Shown here piece by piece: positions 47,502 through 57,715 of a stretch of 64,000 nucleotides of DNA (position 1 is its first letter; every line of letters begins with the position of its first letter). The notes beneath the pieces were generated by a model, which ran no database searches, was not told where the DNA came from, and was given only the letters and a program-made list of their open reading frames with translations. Location: positions 46,839-110,838 of the IMG/VR virus record IMGVR_UViG_3300008085_000025. The stretch is one strand, 5' to 3'. The translations under genes and the position numbers were made by a program. This DNA is from a virus (taxonomy: Duplodnaviria > Heunggongvirae > Uroviricota > Caudoviricetes).

Positions 47502-48540
47502 AAACTAAACTCCTGTTAAGTGAACCTCGTAATATTCAGTTAAGTGAACTATTAACTAAACCGTTAAGTGTCTTTTATACAACACGATACCATTAAGGGC
47601 TAACGCGTGCGTTAGGGGTTTTCCATTTTTTACCACATAATACCACAATATTCCACTTTCTACCACATTTGGTGAACAGCTATTATACTACTTTGTAAAG
47701 TATACTTTACATTCTGCCCGTAGAACATATGAAAATACTTAGAACACAGTATTTCCAGCACTTCTAAGAACACTACATAAACATATGAAAAATAACAACT
47801 TTTTCAATGGTGTAAAGTGATCAATGTTTAAACACTAATTGCATGGACCGAACTCTGCATACATTTCGAAAAATTTTCCAGACCCCTATCTCATGTAAGT
47901 CTTTGATTTTTATGGGAATGTTACATTAGAGTTTCCTAAAGTATTATAATTTTGCCTATAGGCTTAATGATTTTATCAAATGTTATGATCCTTGTCAAGC
48001 ATTTTTTAGCCTTGAAAAGTGGGCTTTGAATGCTGATGAGAATGGTAATACGAATGATTCTCATTCTCATCTGTGTAAATGCGAACGATTCTCATTCACT
48101 TTTGCGAATGGGAATGATTATCAATTGTGTTCTCATGCTACATGAGAATGCGAATGGTTGTCAAGTAGAATCGAGAATCATTCTTATTTCCTTTTTTGGA
48201 TACAGTTTCATACCACTATCATAGCATGAATATTGATGATTTGCAAGGGTTGACAACTATTAAAAAATGTGGTAAATGGGTGAAATAGGATGATACAATT
48301 TTTCTTGACAATGGTGTAGAGTTGTGGTAAATGGGTGAAAGTGTGTCTCATTGTTTTCTTTATAGGGAGAATGTAAAGTATGCTTTACATTTTTGATATG
48401 TCTGTAATACTATTTTCTTGTGGGTGGTGGTTTCGCTCATCGTCTACGGGAAGTTGACATGGTTGAGACCCTGTGATAGTATGGTGGCTCATTCATTCAC
48501 ACAGCGGCTCGAAATTAGTTGAGAAGAACCGAGGATAACA
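47502..48540. repeat. About 1-kb non-coding, repeat-dense control region at the divergent transcription switch
   Basis: GTTAAGTGAAC x3; TACCACA x3; ACATATGAAAA x2; TGCGAA(C/T)G x3; GATTCTCATTC direct x2 plus inverted copy GAGAATCATTC; TTGACA-N17-TAAATGGGTGAAA x2. Confidence 0.7.
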
Positions 48541-48625
48541 GAAATGAAAAATCGTATGGATCGTCACAAGGATAGTATTTTCGAAGTTCGTGATGGAGAG
48601 GGAAACGTGTTGATGAAGCACGACA

Positions 48626-49372
48626 TTGACCTATCTGGTGGTAAGACTTTGGAAATCAGGGATGGCAATGGAGAAATTTTGTTCAGACAACTTTATGGTG
48701 GTAACAATGTTGCCGCTGTTGGGGATAGTTTTGGGGGATATTGATTTTTATGTTATGGTTGGGCGGGTTGAGGAATTGCCTATCGTTAAGGAAGTTTCAG
48801 TAGCGTGGAAAAATTTGTTTAAATATTGTAAGACCCATTCGGTGATTGATGTAAGCGCACCTTTTACTGATAGCACGATTGGGTTATCGGTGATGTTAAA
48901 TCATTTTAGTGCAATTGCATACGAATTCGATCTTCAAAGTAAAAATTCTTCGATGTTTCGATATTTTTTGACTTTTGTTAATGGTGGTGCAATCAGCATT
49001 AACTTGAATTTAGAGTCTGACCCGATAGTAAGACTATTGGCCTCTCATGGTGAGTTGGAGTCGTGTGAGTCATTTCAAGAAATGGCTGGTTCAGTATTGG
49101 ACAATTATCGGTCAAATACTCGACACAAGGAACTTTTTAATAACATCTATCATTCTGACGATTTGTCTGAGTTCCGGCAAAATTTCGAGTCTGCGCTGGG
49201 TGCATTGTTGAATTTTTACAAGCGACGTATGAGTGATGATGTTCTTTCACAATTTGAACAACTTTGGAGTGAAGACTATCAATTGGCGGATTCTGGTCGT
49301 AAGGGTGCTGCGGTTATGCTTATGGAGATTTTTTGGAATGATTTTGAGCGAGGTTGGCCAGACGTTGTTTGA
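48626..49372 (+). CDS. hypothetical protein
   Basis: 248-aa ORF, first substantial rightward gene after the control region. Confidence 0.45.
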   Translation: MTYLVVRLWKSGMAMEKFCSDNFMVVTMLPLLGIVLGDIDFYVMVGRVEELPIVKEVSVAWKNLFKYCKTHSVIDVSAPFTDSTIGLSVMLNHFSAIAYEFDLQSKNSSMFRYFLTFVNGGAISINLNLESDPIVRLLASHGELESCESFQEMAGSVLDNYRSNTRHKELFNNIYHSDDLSEFRQNFESALGALLNFYKRRMSDDVLSQFEQLWSEDYQLADSGRKGAAVMLMEIFWNDFERGWPDVV

Positions 49373-49434
49373 CTTAGATGATCCACTGTGTTATCATGGT
49401 GGATCATTAATCATTCATACATAAGAGAAATTGA

Positions 49435-49743
49435 ATGACTGTTGGAATTTTCGTTATTGTTTATGTTTTGGTCTTGGCAGTTATGGTCTTGATAGGTTCC
49501 ATGTTGGTTGCCGACTTTGATATAGTTCCATTTGCGGTTTGCGTAAGCCCTGTTGCGGCTCTTACTGTTGTCCTTACCACACATTACAGTAATATGGAAG
49601 CTGTTGCAAAATTCTCATGTGACTACACAAACTTACAGGAAGCATTGATTGAAGAATCGAAACGATTCGAAAATCGCCCGAATCGTGTAGAAGAACTTGC
49701 TAACATTCTTAGACACTGGGAAAACATTTGTAAGGCTGTTTGA
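49435..49743 (+). CDS. small membrane protein
   Basis: Two N-terminal hydrophobic helices. Confidence 0.45.
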   Translation: MTVGIFVIVYVLVLAVMVLIGSMLVADFDIVPFAVCVSPVAALTVVLTTHYSNMEAVAKFSCDYTNLQEALIEESKRFENRPNRVEELANILRHWENICKAV

Positions 49744-49812
49744 TATTTGTGGGATTATGAGTAATCATAGTCTTTATTGGAAGCATAATTATTTAACTGA
49801 AGGAGAATAGTA

Positions 49813-50373
49813 ATGGGTCTTGATATGTATTTGGAAGCCCGAAAATATGTAAGTGGTTTAGACCATAATACTGAAGAACACAACGCGCTTTACAGGGCAC
49901 TAGTAGAAAGTGTTCAAGGGCATCTGTGTCATGCGTCTATGCCGTCCGTCAAATCGGTTGAGGTACTATTCAATGTAATGTATTGGCGTAATTCTATTCA
50001 AATCCACAATTGGTTTATTGACAATTGTGCATATGGTACAGATGAATGCCAAGATATCGAGGTAAGTATCGATGATCTTAAAAAGCTTCGAGATTTTTGT
50101 GGTGAGGTGGCGTCGATGTTTCCGGAGGGATACGGGGATGATGAAAAGTATATCCCAGAACTTTCTGAGAATCTGATTAATGCTATTGGGGAAAAGCTTC
50201 CACCTTCAAATGCGTACTTTTTCGGTAGTACTGAATTTGAGCTATGGTACTATCGAACTGTAGTTCGAATGCATGAAGAGTTGAGTAGACTGATCGAGTG
50301 GGATGAGGCAGAAGCCAAAGCTCACGAGAAAGAATATTCCGGGTGGTACTACGTATACCGCGCAAGCTGGTAA
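49813..50373 (+). CDS. hypothetical protein
   Basis: 186-aa ORF with GGAGAA RBS. Confidence 0.45.
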   Translation: MGLDMYLEARKYVSGLDHNTEEHNALYRALVESVQGHLCHASMPSVKSVEVLFNVMYWRNSIQIHNWFIDNCAYGTDECQDIEVSIDDLKKLRDFCGEVASMFPEGYGDDEKYIPELSENLINAIGEKLPPSNAYFFGSTEFELWYYRTVVRMHEELSRLIEWDEAEAKAHEKEYSGWYYVYRASW

Positions 50374-50635
50374 GCGTTGCAATAAACATATGGTCCCCTG
50401 AGATTGTCTCATGGGGGTCTTCACTCAAGGAGAAACACAATGGTTGAGAAAACAACCGAAATAGATGAAGATGAAGTTAGAGCGATTCGGTCTCAGGTCC
50501 TGTTAGAGGCTTCTGAATTCTTTCGTCCTTCAGAAGATATTGTAGCTCGAATTCTGGAAGAGTTCGCAGACAGGGCTTCTCGTTGCCTTGACATTGTCCC
50601 GAACGACTGATACAATTTCAACAAAGGAGAAATGT

Positions 50636-51283
50636 ATGCCAAATCATGTAACCAACCGTCTGATCATCCGTGGAAGTGATCAAGAGGTTCTTAAAACCAT
50701 GGCTGATATCATGGAAGACGAAGGGCGAGAAACCAGTCTATTCCATTATCTTATTCCATGCCCCGATGATCTTATGATACAGCGGGTATGGTATGGAGAT
50801 CCGGACAAGCAAAAAGTTCAAGAAGAACGCGAACTTGCAAATATTGAGAAACATGGTTATCCTACGTGGTATGAATTTAATTGTTCCCGGTGGGGTACCA
50901 AGTGGGATGCTTACAGTGTGGGAGAAGTGACTCTTTCTGATGGTGAATTGATTCTTAGCTTTGACACAGCTTGGTCTGCACCCATTCCGATTTTTGAAAA
51001 ACTCCACGAGATGGGTTTTGAAGTAGAAGCAGTCTGGTTTGAGGAAGGTATTCAATCTTGGGGTTTTTATGATAATGGTGAATGTGAAGAAGGTTCACCG
51101 GATGATTTTGATCTTTACGATGAATTGGGTCCAATCAAGTTTTATGAGGGTATTATTCCGGCCAAAATCTTCGACGCTTTTCCCTATTTGAATGAATATA
51201 TTCAGGAATGCCAAGCTGATTGGGAAGATGAACAACACGAGAGTGAACAAGATGACGATGCATCCGCCCCTAAGATTCACTAG
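50636..51283 (+). CDS. hypothetical protein with acidic C-terminus
   Basis: ORF 50588..51283; start moved to ATG after AAAGGAGAAAT RBS. Confidence 0.5.
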   Translation: MPNHVTNRLIIRGSDQEVLKTMADIMEDEGRETSLFHYLIPCPDDLMIQRVWYGDPDKQKVQEERELANIEKHGYPTWYEFNCSRWGTKWDAYSVGEVTLSDGELILSFDTAWSAPIPIFEKLHEMGFEVEAVWFEEGIQSWGFYDNGECEEGSPDDFDLYDELGPIKFYEGIIPAKIFDAFPYLNEYIQECQADWEDEQHESEQDDDASAPKIH

Positions 51284-51560
51284 AATTATCTGGGTTGAAG
51301 GATCGAGGGGTGAGCGGTATGGCATCGAGTTCTTCGCGTTCGTTGACTCGGGTGATTGGGCTTTGTTCAATCTGCTGGCCTCAGAGTTCTTTCGTCAGCG
51401 TGTTAGGGTAAACCGTGGGGAGAAGCCTTTTCTTCCCTACGGTTCTAGGGCGCAGAGAATTCTGGACATGCACAACGATGCGGTTCGACGACACAGGGAC
51501 CGGAAGCGTTTGACAAAAACACATTGTCTATGGTATGATTCTAATTTAAAGGAGAATTGA
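51253..51560 (+). CDS. hypothetical basic protein
   Basis: ORF 51192..51560, start probably at internal ATG. Confidence 0.4.
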
Positions 51561-51561
51561 T

Positions 51562-52083
51562 ATGCCATGTGATGCAAGTTATATGGACCCCATTGAAGCT
51601 GAGGAAAACAGTAAAGAGGTTGCTACTCTGATCAAGTATGTGGTCGATACCAAAGAGTTAGAAGGATGGTATGATCCTGTAAAGATTTCTAAGTACACTG
51701 CTGTTGCTGATAAACAGTACGGTGAGACGGAACTCCTCGACGAGATGACGGCATTCTTGTGTTCATTGTGCAATCACATGAATGAATCCATGAAGGATCG
51801 GGTCATTTACAATGGTCGAAATCCTGTAGCTCGCAGACTAGCGAACTGGTGGGACAAGCATCAGGACGCGGATAACATTCGTGGATTGGAAACAGAAGAA
51901 ACCGAGGACATGAAGCTTTTGTCCAAGTACATTGATATGAGCGAGAACAGGCCCCGGATCATTTATCAATTCCTTTCTGAATTCCTTCAGGTTATGGACG
52001 AAGAAGACCATTCTATGTCCTACCTTGAAGGGATGGAGAGGGTGATGGATATTTGTATGAATGAGGAGAGCAAGCGACAGTAG
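51562..52083 (+). CDS. hypothetical protein
   Basis: 173-aa ORF with AAAGGAGAAT RBS. Confidence 0.5.
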   Translation: MPCDASYMDPIEAEENSKEVATLIKYVVDTKELEGWYDPVKISKYTAVADKQYGETELLDEMTAFLCSLCNHMNESMKDRVIYNGRNPVARRLANWWDKHQDADNIRGLETEETEDMKLLSKYIDMSENRPRIIYQFLSEFLQVMDEEDHSMSYLEGMERVMDICMNEESKRQ

Positions 52084-52218
52084 TTTGGTAAAACTTTTGG
52101 GGTGTGTTCTTACAATAGCCCCCTTTTTTCTCCCATTTAACACACTCACCCTCTCTTGTCAAGAGGTGGTTCGTCTTTGACCATCCTGCATTTTGTTTGA
52201 ATTAGTTTTACATTCTGC

Positions 52219-52247
52219 TTGACATGCGGGTGTTTCTGCGCTAACAT
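52219..52247 (+). promoter_or_regulatory. sigma70-type early promoter TTGACA-N17-TAACAT (rIIA)
   Basis: Consensus -35, 17-nt spacer. Confidence 0.55.
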
Positions 52248-52286
52248 GTCTCTTGTCAAATCACTCACACACAGGAGAATACATAC

Positions 52287-54587
52287 ATGAAATTGAATGT
52301 CGCCGGTTCGAAGGCTACTGGCTCTGCTGTTGCGGGATCGCAGCAATTTTCGATGGCAATGAATGCCAAGGCTTTTCATACTCTTTCGTCTACCCTCTAT
52401 AAGGACAAGTTTGGGGCTATTATTCGTGAAATTTGCTCCAATGCTTACGATGCTCATTTGATGGTCGGTACGCCTGAGCGTCCTTTCGTACTTACTTTTC
52501 CCGACCGTATTGATTCTGAATTGGTCATCCGTGATTTTGGCCCCGGTATTTCTCCCGACGACATTAGCGGCGTGTACTGCCGGTTCTTTGAATCGACCAA
52601 GGATCAAGACAATAACACCGTGGGGGCTTTTGGGTTGGGTTCTAAGACCCCGTTTGCGTATACTGATACCTTCGCCGTCACTTCGATCCACAAGGGCGTG
52701 AAGCGCATCTACACTGCCTTCAAGGATGAAGGGATGCCGAATCTCAAGTTGATGGCCGAAATGGAAACGGACGAGGAATCAGGTCTGGAAGTTTCCATCC
52801 CGGTTCAGGGCAAGGATATCAGCTCTTTCCACAATGCTGTCATTCGTGAACTGCGGTTTTTCCCAGTGAAGCCTGTATCGAATAGGCAATGGGATTGGGC
52901 TGATTGGGAAGTCGCGATGGATTTTGGTTCTGTCCAGTTTTTCAAGAGTCAGAATGCTGTCATGCGGGGCTTTTTTGTTCAGATCGGTCCGGTCGGATAT
53001 CGCATCGACAAAGGCATGATTACTGAATACGCTCAGAACAAGGGTATTTCCTTGTCTCCAATGACTAAGCATTTGTTAGAAATGTCTGTTGAACAAAGGT
53101 ACTACCACCCCGAGCGCCATAGCGCCATGTTGGACATGCCGATTGGCACAGTTGAAGTTCAGCCTAGCCGTGAAGGTTTGCACTATACTGACGAAACCTG
53201 TCAGAACATTCTTGATGCTATTGGCTCTGCCGAACAGAAGGTTGCCGATGAAATGGTTCAGCGTCTAGATAGTGCTTATGCTACGGGGTGTAAGACTTTC
53301 TTTGATACTGTAAATCAAATGCCACAGTTTTTGCGTGGGACGTTGACTAATATTACTGATTTTAAAAAGAACTACGAGCCGTTCTTCGTTGACCCGAGTG
53401 GTAATTTGAAGGTTGTGTGGGATACCAATATTGTTTCCTCTTGTACCCTTGGCAAGATTGATTTCGGCGACGAACGGGGCAGTGTTGTTAGAACTCCGCT
53501 GGTTTGGTCCGAGTACGACTATAAGAATAACAAGACTGTCAGATATGGAGGCATTGAATTGTTTAGGGCAGATCGGGTTTATATCAAGGATGAGGCGTTT
53601 GCATACAAGTCTCGTATGCATAATCATGATAATGATTCTCTCGTGTTGTACTTCATTGAACCGGCTGACGGACAATCTGTTGATGATCTGGTAGCATATT
53701 TTGAAAAGTTTTTCGAGGTTGTGCGGGTTAGCAGTTTGGACAAAAACGTTTCTCGTTCCAGAACCAGCATTACAGGTGGTAAGGTTCGTGCGTGGTTTGA
53801 TTTGGGAAAGTGGTTGGACACCAATTACGTTTCTCAATTTAGCCACAAACGTTCTTTGTATGCTCACAATGTCCAGTCGGTATTCGATGCGAATCTGAAT
53901 GACATTACTGAACCTACTGTAGTGCTTCGTACTCATAACAATTCATTAGTATATGATTGCGATGATGTCTATAACAAACTTTCCCTTGCCGCTATGCTTG
54001 GGGATGCTGGCTATAAGATCATTGCGATCCCGAAAAGTGTGAAATACGATAACGAAAACCTGTGTGAAATTGAGGAATTGACCGACGATCATCACCGGAT
54101 TCTGCGTGACCGGCTGACAGAAATTCAGGGCGCGCAAGCCTTGAATGTTTGTATCGACTTCGTTTGTTCATTCAACGCATCGGTTCGAAGTATGGTAGAT
54201 CGAAAGTGGTTGAAAGGCACGGTCGAGGATTACGGGTTTGATGATGAAGCGTTCCGTAAAGCTCAGGACTCATTACCGATGATGAATCCTATGCGGAGAC
54301 ATGGGGATTTGGAAATTGTCGAGGCTATTGTTGGTTCAGCTACAAAATACCAGAACATGGACGAACTCTTCGAAGTCGCGAATAAGATGACTGGAATTGA
54401 TTATGTTCCTTCCAAAATGTTGGAAAAAATCGAAAATGAAGTTTCGTTGCAGACTATTATGATGGAATATTTTAATAGAAACAACTACATTGTCGAGGCA
54501 ATTTTCATCAGCAAGGGTTATCCGATGGTAGATGAGACTTTTTCTATTGATTTCAAACCTAAAATTCTGGAATTGGTAGAAAAGTAA
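52287..54587 (+). CDS. rIIA: rIIA protein (GHKL ATPase-fold N-terminus)
   Basis: KAFHTLSSTLYKDKFGAIIREICSNAYDAH, RDFGPGIS and GAFGLGSKTPF track T4 rIIA [38 protein letters not shown] and GGFGLGSKSPF. Confidence 0.9.
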   Translation: MKLNVAGSKATGSAVAGSQQFSMAMNAKAFHTLSSTLYKDKFGAIIREICSNAYDAHLMVGTPERPFVLTFPDRIDSELVIRDFGPGISPDDISGVYCRFFESTKDQDNNTVGAFGLGSKTPFAYTDTFAVTSIHKGVKRIYTAFKDEGMPNLKLMAEMETDEESGLEVSIPVQGKDISSFHNAVIRELRFFPVKPVSNRQWDWADWEVAMDFGSVQFFKSQNAVMRGFFVQIGPVGYRIDKGMITEYAQNKGISLSPMTKHLLEMSVEQRYYHPERHSAMLDMPIGTVEVQPSREGLHYTDETCQNILDAIGSAEQKVADEMVQRLDSAYATGCKTFFDTVNQMPQFLRGTLTNITDFKKNYEPFFVDPSGNLKVVWDTNIVSSCTLGKIDFGDERGSVVRTPLVWSEYDYKNNKTVRYGGIELFRADRVYIKDEAFAYKSRMHNHDNDSLVLYFIEPADGQSVDDLVAYFEKFFEVVRVSSLDKNVSRSRTSITGGKVRAWFDLGKWLDTNYVSQFSHKRSLYAHNVQSVFDANLNDITEPTVVLRTHNNSLVYDCDDVYNKLSLAAMLGDAGYKIIAIPKSVKYDNENLCEIEELTDDHHRILRDRLTEIQGAQALNVCIDFVCSFNASVRSMVDRKWLKGTVEDYGFDDEAFRKAQDSLPMMNPMRRHGDLEIVEAIVGSATKYQNMDELFEVANKMTGIDYVPSKMLEKIENEVSLQTIMMEYFNRNNYIVEAIFISKGYPMVDETFSIDFKPKILELVEK

Positions 54588-54608
54588 GATGAAAAGTGGT
54601 GAAGGGGC

Positions 54609-54637
54609 TTGACCAAGTCCCTGATACCTGATAGAAT
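54609..54637 (+). promoter_or_regulatory. sigma70-type promoter TTGACC-N17-TAGAAT (rIIB)
   Basis: Boxes with 17-nt spacer in the rIIA-rIIB gap. Confidence 0.5.
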
Positions 54638-54668
54638 GTAATTTCCACAACTACATAGGAGAAGTGAA

Positions 54669-55769
54669 ATGAGTGGTATCAACTTTATCAAGACCGGACA
54701 GAACCTTACCGTGTTTATCGACGGTCGTCCGATCACGTTTCCGCTGACAGACCATCGTATTGAGGATGTTCTTGAAGCGATCCGCAATGATGATGAACAG
54801 GCTATCCGGCAACTGATCAACTTCAAGCAGACTGTAGCGAATGTCTCGGAAGGTCGCATCAAATTTGATCCGATGACTCGGACCCTGACTTTCAAGGGTG
54901 AGCCGCTGCATAATGCGATCATTGATCGTTTGTGTGCGTTGTTCGAAGAACGTCTGCCAATCAAGAACCTTCTTCGATTCCTTGACAATTTGATGGAAAA
55001 CCCGGACTATCGTGCGGTGAATGAATTGTATCGCTTCATCGAAGCGTGTGATCTTCCCATCACCCCCGATGGTCATTTCCTCGCTTACAAGATCGTTCGT
55101 CAAGACTATATGGACATTTACAGTGGTCAGTTCGACAACCACGTGGGTCAGATTCCGACCATGGACCGCAACAGGGTCAATCCTGATTCTAATCAGACTT
55201 GTTCTTCTGGTTTGCACGTTTGTTCTAAGAGGTATCTCCCGCAATATGGTGGATTCTTCGGTAAAAGTTCCGATACCAGAATCATGGTTGCTAAGGTTCA
55301 TCCTCGTGACGTGGTTGCGGTTCCGATGGATTACAATAACGCCAAAATGCGTGTTTGCCGCTATGAGGTCGTGGATGAAATTCCTTACGATGAAGTAATG
55401 ACCGATCTTCGGATGTCTGGCTACGTCATCGACAGTTACGGCGCACTTGATGAAGATTTTGAGGATGGGTGTGATGATGACTCCGTAGATGATTCATTCG
55501 AAGAATTCGAAGAAGATTGGAGCGGCATTGGGGAAGAAACCGGGGAAGAAGCTGAGGAAGAAGCTGAGGACGTTATTGTCACTAGTAATACCCCAAGTCG
55601 CCCCGCAGTCACCGGGAAGCTGACGAAGCATCAGGTTCGCGATATTGACCGTCTGCTGCTCGATGGTGAAATGTCTATCGCTTCCATCGGTCGTCTCTAC
55701 AACGTCAACGAATCGACCATTCGCAAGATTCGCGATGGTTTGATCTGGACCCACGTTACTGGACGATAA
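54669..55769 (+). CDS. rIIB: rIIB protein
   Basis: CSSGLHVCSKRYLPQYGG...VAKVHPRDVVAVPMDYNNAKMRVCRYEVVDE matches the T4 rIIB C-terminal core. Confidence 0.9.
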   Translation: MSGINFIKTGQNLTVFIDGRPITFPLTDHRIEDVLEAIRNDDEQAIRQLINFKQTVANVSEGRIKFDPMTRTLTFKGEPLHNAIIDRLCALFEERLPIKNLLRFLDNLMENPDYRAVNELYRFIEACDLPITPDGHFLAYKIVRQDYMDIYSGQFDNHVGQIPTMDRNRVNPDSNQTCSSGLHVCSKRYLPQYGGFFGKSSDTRIMVAKVHPRDVVAVPMDYNNAKMRVCRYEVVDEIPYDEVMTDLRMSGYVIDSYGALDEDFEDGCDDDSVDDSFEEFEEDWSGIGEETGEEAEEEAEDVIVTSNTPSRPAVTGKLTKHQVRDIDRLLLDGEMSIASIGRLYNVNESTIRKIRDGLIWTHVTGR

Positions 55770-55797
55770 GTTCCTGTGTGTCGTGAGACAGAGATTT

Positions 55798-55821
55798 GGG
55801 CGGGTCATCCCGCCCTTTTTC
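55798..55821 (+). terminator. rho-independent terminator after rIIB
   Basis: GGGCGGG-tcat-CCCGCCC then TTTTT. Confidence 0.8.
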
Positions 55822-55823
55822 TC

Positions 55824-55852
55824 TTGACATGACGGCAAAAAGTGTATACTAT
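55824..55852 (+). promoter_or_regulatory. sigma70-type early promoter TTGACA-N17-TACTAT
   Basis: Immediately follows the terminator. Confidence 0.55.
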
Positions 55853-55870
55853 ACTAATATGAACCAAGGA

Positions 55871-56041
55871 AAGGAAAATCATGAAGCTTGAACAACGTCT
55901 CGCTTCCCTCACCCGTCAATTGGCAAATGCCCGTAGGGACGGTGACGAAGAAGCAATCGAAGCTCTGGAAGATCAAATCGATCAGATTGAGCTTGAGATG
56001 GAAGAACAATTTGAATCCAGACACGATACTAATTGGGACTG
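55871..56041 (+). CDS. small acidic coiled-coil protein (56 aa)
   Basis: AAAGGAAAATC RBS plus ATG; below the ORF-track cutoff. Confidence 0.3.
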
Positions 56042-56232
56042 AAACTTAGTGTGACCGCTCTAATTTTTTGAGTATAATAAATAGGTGCTTACACACTAAA
56101 GGAAGTCACATGAAAGCTATGATTCAATCTGTAACAGACAATTGGGTACCAGGATTGTTCTTATTGCTTATGCTAGGTAGTCTCTGGGCGATAGGTCGTT
56201 TATACTTCACCCTATAAATAAAAATGTTATAC

Positions 56233-56317
56233 GCCGAGGTCGCATAGTCTGGTCGATTGCACTGGCTTTGTAACCCAGTATTCCACACCGTAGGTTCAAA
56301 TCCTACCCTCGGCACCA
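56233..56317 (+). tRNA. tRNA, anticodon probably UGU (Thr), atypical 11-nt unpaired variable region
   Basis: Acceptor GCCGAGG/CCTCGGC, T-arm GTAGG-TTCAAAT-CCTAC, A-CCA encoded; anticodon arm CTGGC-TTTGTAA-CCCAG has one C-C mismatch; 85 nt. Confidence 0.55.
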
Positions 56318-56324
56318 AAACAAT

Positions 56325-56398
56325 GCCTCGTTAGTTCAATGGAAGAACCACGCTCTTACACAGCGATGACGGCAGTTCGATTCTGTCACGAGGTACCA
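56325..56398 (+). tRNA. tRNA-Val (UAC), tentative
   Basis: Acceptor GCCTCGT/ACGAGGT (G1-U72), D-arm GTTC/GAAC, anticodon loop CTTACAC, T-arm GGCAG-TTCGATT-CTGTC, ACCA encoded; 74 nt. Confidence 0.6.
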
Positions 56399-56415
56399 AA
56401 TTTTCTAACATGGGG

Positions 56416-56444
56416 GTTGACAAGACCCTTTCCATAGGATAGAA
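56416..56444 (+). promoter_or_regulatory. sigma70-type early promoter TTGACA-N17-TAGAAT
   Basis: Consensus boxes just after the tRNA pair. Confidence 0.6.
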
Positions 56445-56583
56445 TACTCACATGAAAGCAATCATTCAAGTAGATGGTCTTACAAAATTTGGCATGTTCA
56501 TTCGACTAACCAAAAACGGCGCAAATTATGTTTTTTTTGTTGAATTCTGCTACGGAATTCCCTAGTGCGAAGGAAGCACGAGA

Positions 56584-57237
56584 ATGGATTTCGGGAAATA
56601 TTCCCGATCCAGAAAGATTCAAAGTTCTGACAGGAAAAATCTGGATGCGTTGCGTGAAAAATTTCAAAAGTATTTGGACGAAGGGATGCCCGGTAACGTG
56701 GTTGCTCTGGTGGATCGCAAGCACAACGTCATGTTTGACCCTGACGTACATACCACCAAAGATGTTTTGGATTGGTTGTGGTGGTGTAAGAAAAAAGACA
56801 ACGATGCGGCAGTAACACAAAAGGTTTATAATTCGTGGCCAAATGCCAAGTACAATTTACCTTCTACGGTCTTTAACGACTTTGTGTCGTATTATGACCA
56901 CATGAATCAACAAAAAACATACGGGATGGAAATTCGTGTAAGAAAGAATACCAGTTTTGAAGAATTCGAAAAATCGTTGAATATGCTTCTCGACAACTAC
57001 GAACTTACCCACAAGGTTGGGTGTAAAAATCGTAAAGGTGTTGGGATCACATTGTATACGAACGACGGATTTGCTTCCGGAGTGAATTACCTGATCATGC
57101 TGGATCGTGATAAAGACGAGTGGATGCTAGGTAAACTAAGTTACAGTTCTATGTCTCAGGACTGTCCTCCGACTTCACTAAAAGATTGTTTCGAAAAAAT
57201 TATCAACCGAGGTTATACGTATGATCCAGAATGGTGA
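56584..57237 (+). CDS. hypothetical protein
   Basis: 217-aa ORF. Confidence 0.45.
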   Translation: MDFGKYSRSRKIQSSDRKNLDALREKFQKYLDEGMPGNVVALVDRKHNVMFDPDVHTTKDVLDWLWWCKKKDNDAAVTQKVYNSWPNAKYNLPSTVFNDFVSYYDHMNQQKTYGMEIRVRKNTSFEEFEKSLNMLLDNYELTHKVGCKNRKGVGITLYTNDGFASGVNYLIMLDRDKDEWMLGKLSYSSMSQDCPPTSLKDCFEKIINRGYTYDPEW

Positions 57238-57715
57238 CAAAGCAAGACTTCTAGATGATTACACTAGAATGCAGAAAAAACATCTTACCAATGCTCTATT
57301 CGAGATTTCAGTTCAAGGTCGAAAGGAAACCCATTGGTGTTGGTATTTTTTTCCTAACATTCCCGGATTGGGGAGCAGTGAAAGGGCGAAGCACTACGCT
57401 ATCGATCTGGACACCTACATGTTGTTCCTACAGAACCAGAATTTTCGGCGGAACATCTTCACGATGATCAAGGCGGTGGACACTGCGTATCGCACCAGCG
57501 TTCATATGGACCTTGAGTACATCTTCGGGGACAATCCTGTGGATGTTCTTAAGTGGAGGTCCTGTCTGACACTGACACGGTTGGCGTATATGAACATCGA
57601 TCATTTGCATGATGATTGGACACATATCAGTACCATTATCAAGTACTCGCGGGATGTGTATGGCTTCTGTGAGAAAACTATAGAGGAATATCGACCGAAA
57701 GATGCAGTGGATTGA
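57221..57715 (+). CDS. hypothetical protein
   Basis: 164-aa ORF. Confidence 0.45.
   Translation: MIQNGDKARLLDDYTRMQKKHLTNALFEISVQGRKETHWCWYFFPNIPGLGSSERAKHYAIDLDTYMLFLQNQNFRRNIFTMIKAVDTAYRTSVHMDLEYIFGDNPVDVLKWRSCLTLTRLAYMNIDHLHDDWTHISTIIKYSRDVYGFCEKTIEEYRPKDAVD

Noticed and set aside
48030-48200. Possible CRISPR-like array
   Set aside because: Repeat units are 7-15 nt, irregularly spaced, mixed direct and inverted, with no spacer regularity; not CRISPR
48030-48224. 64-aa ORF (MLMRMVIRMILILICVNANDSHSLLRMGM...)
   Set aside because: Translation of the GAGAATG/CATTCTC repeat array; periodic sequence, not a protein
52146-54137. Several minus-strand ORFs (52146..52691, 52779..53072, 53265..53936, 53946..54137)
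   Set aside because: All antisense to rIIA, which is supported along its full length by similarity to T4 rIIA
54518-55838. Minus-strand ORFs 54518..54988, 54651..55301, 55494..55838
   Set aside because: Antisense to rIIB, which carries the conserved CSxGLHVCSK...VHPRDVV core
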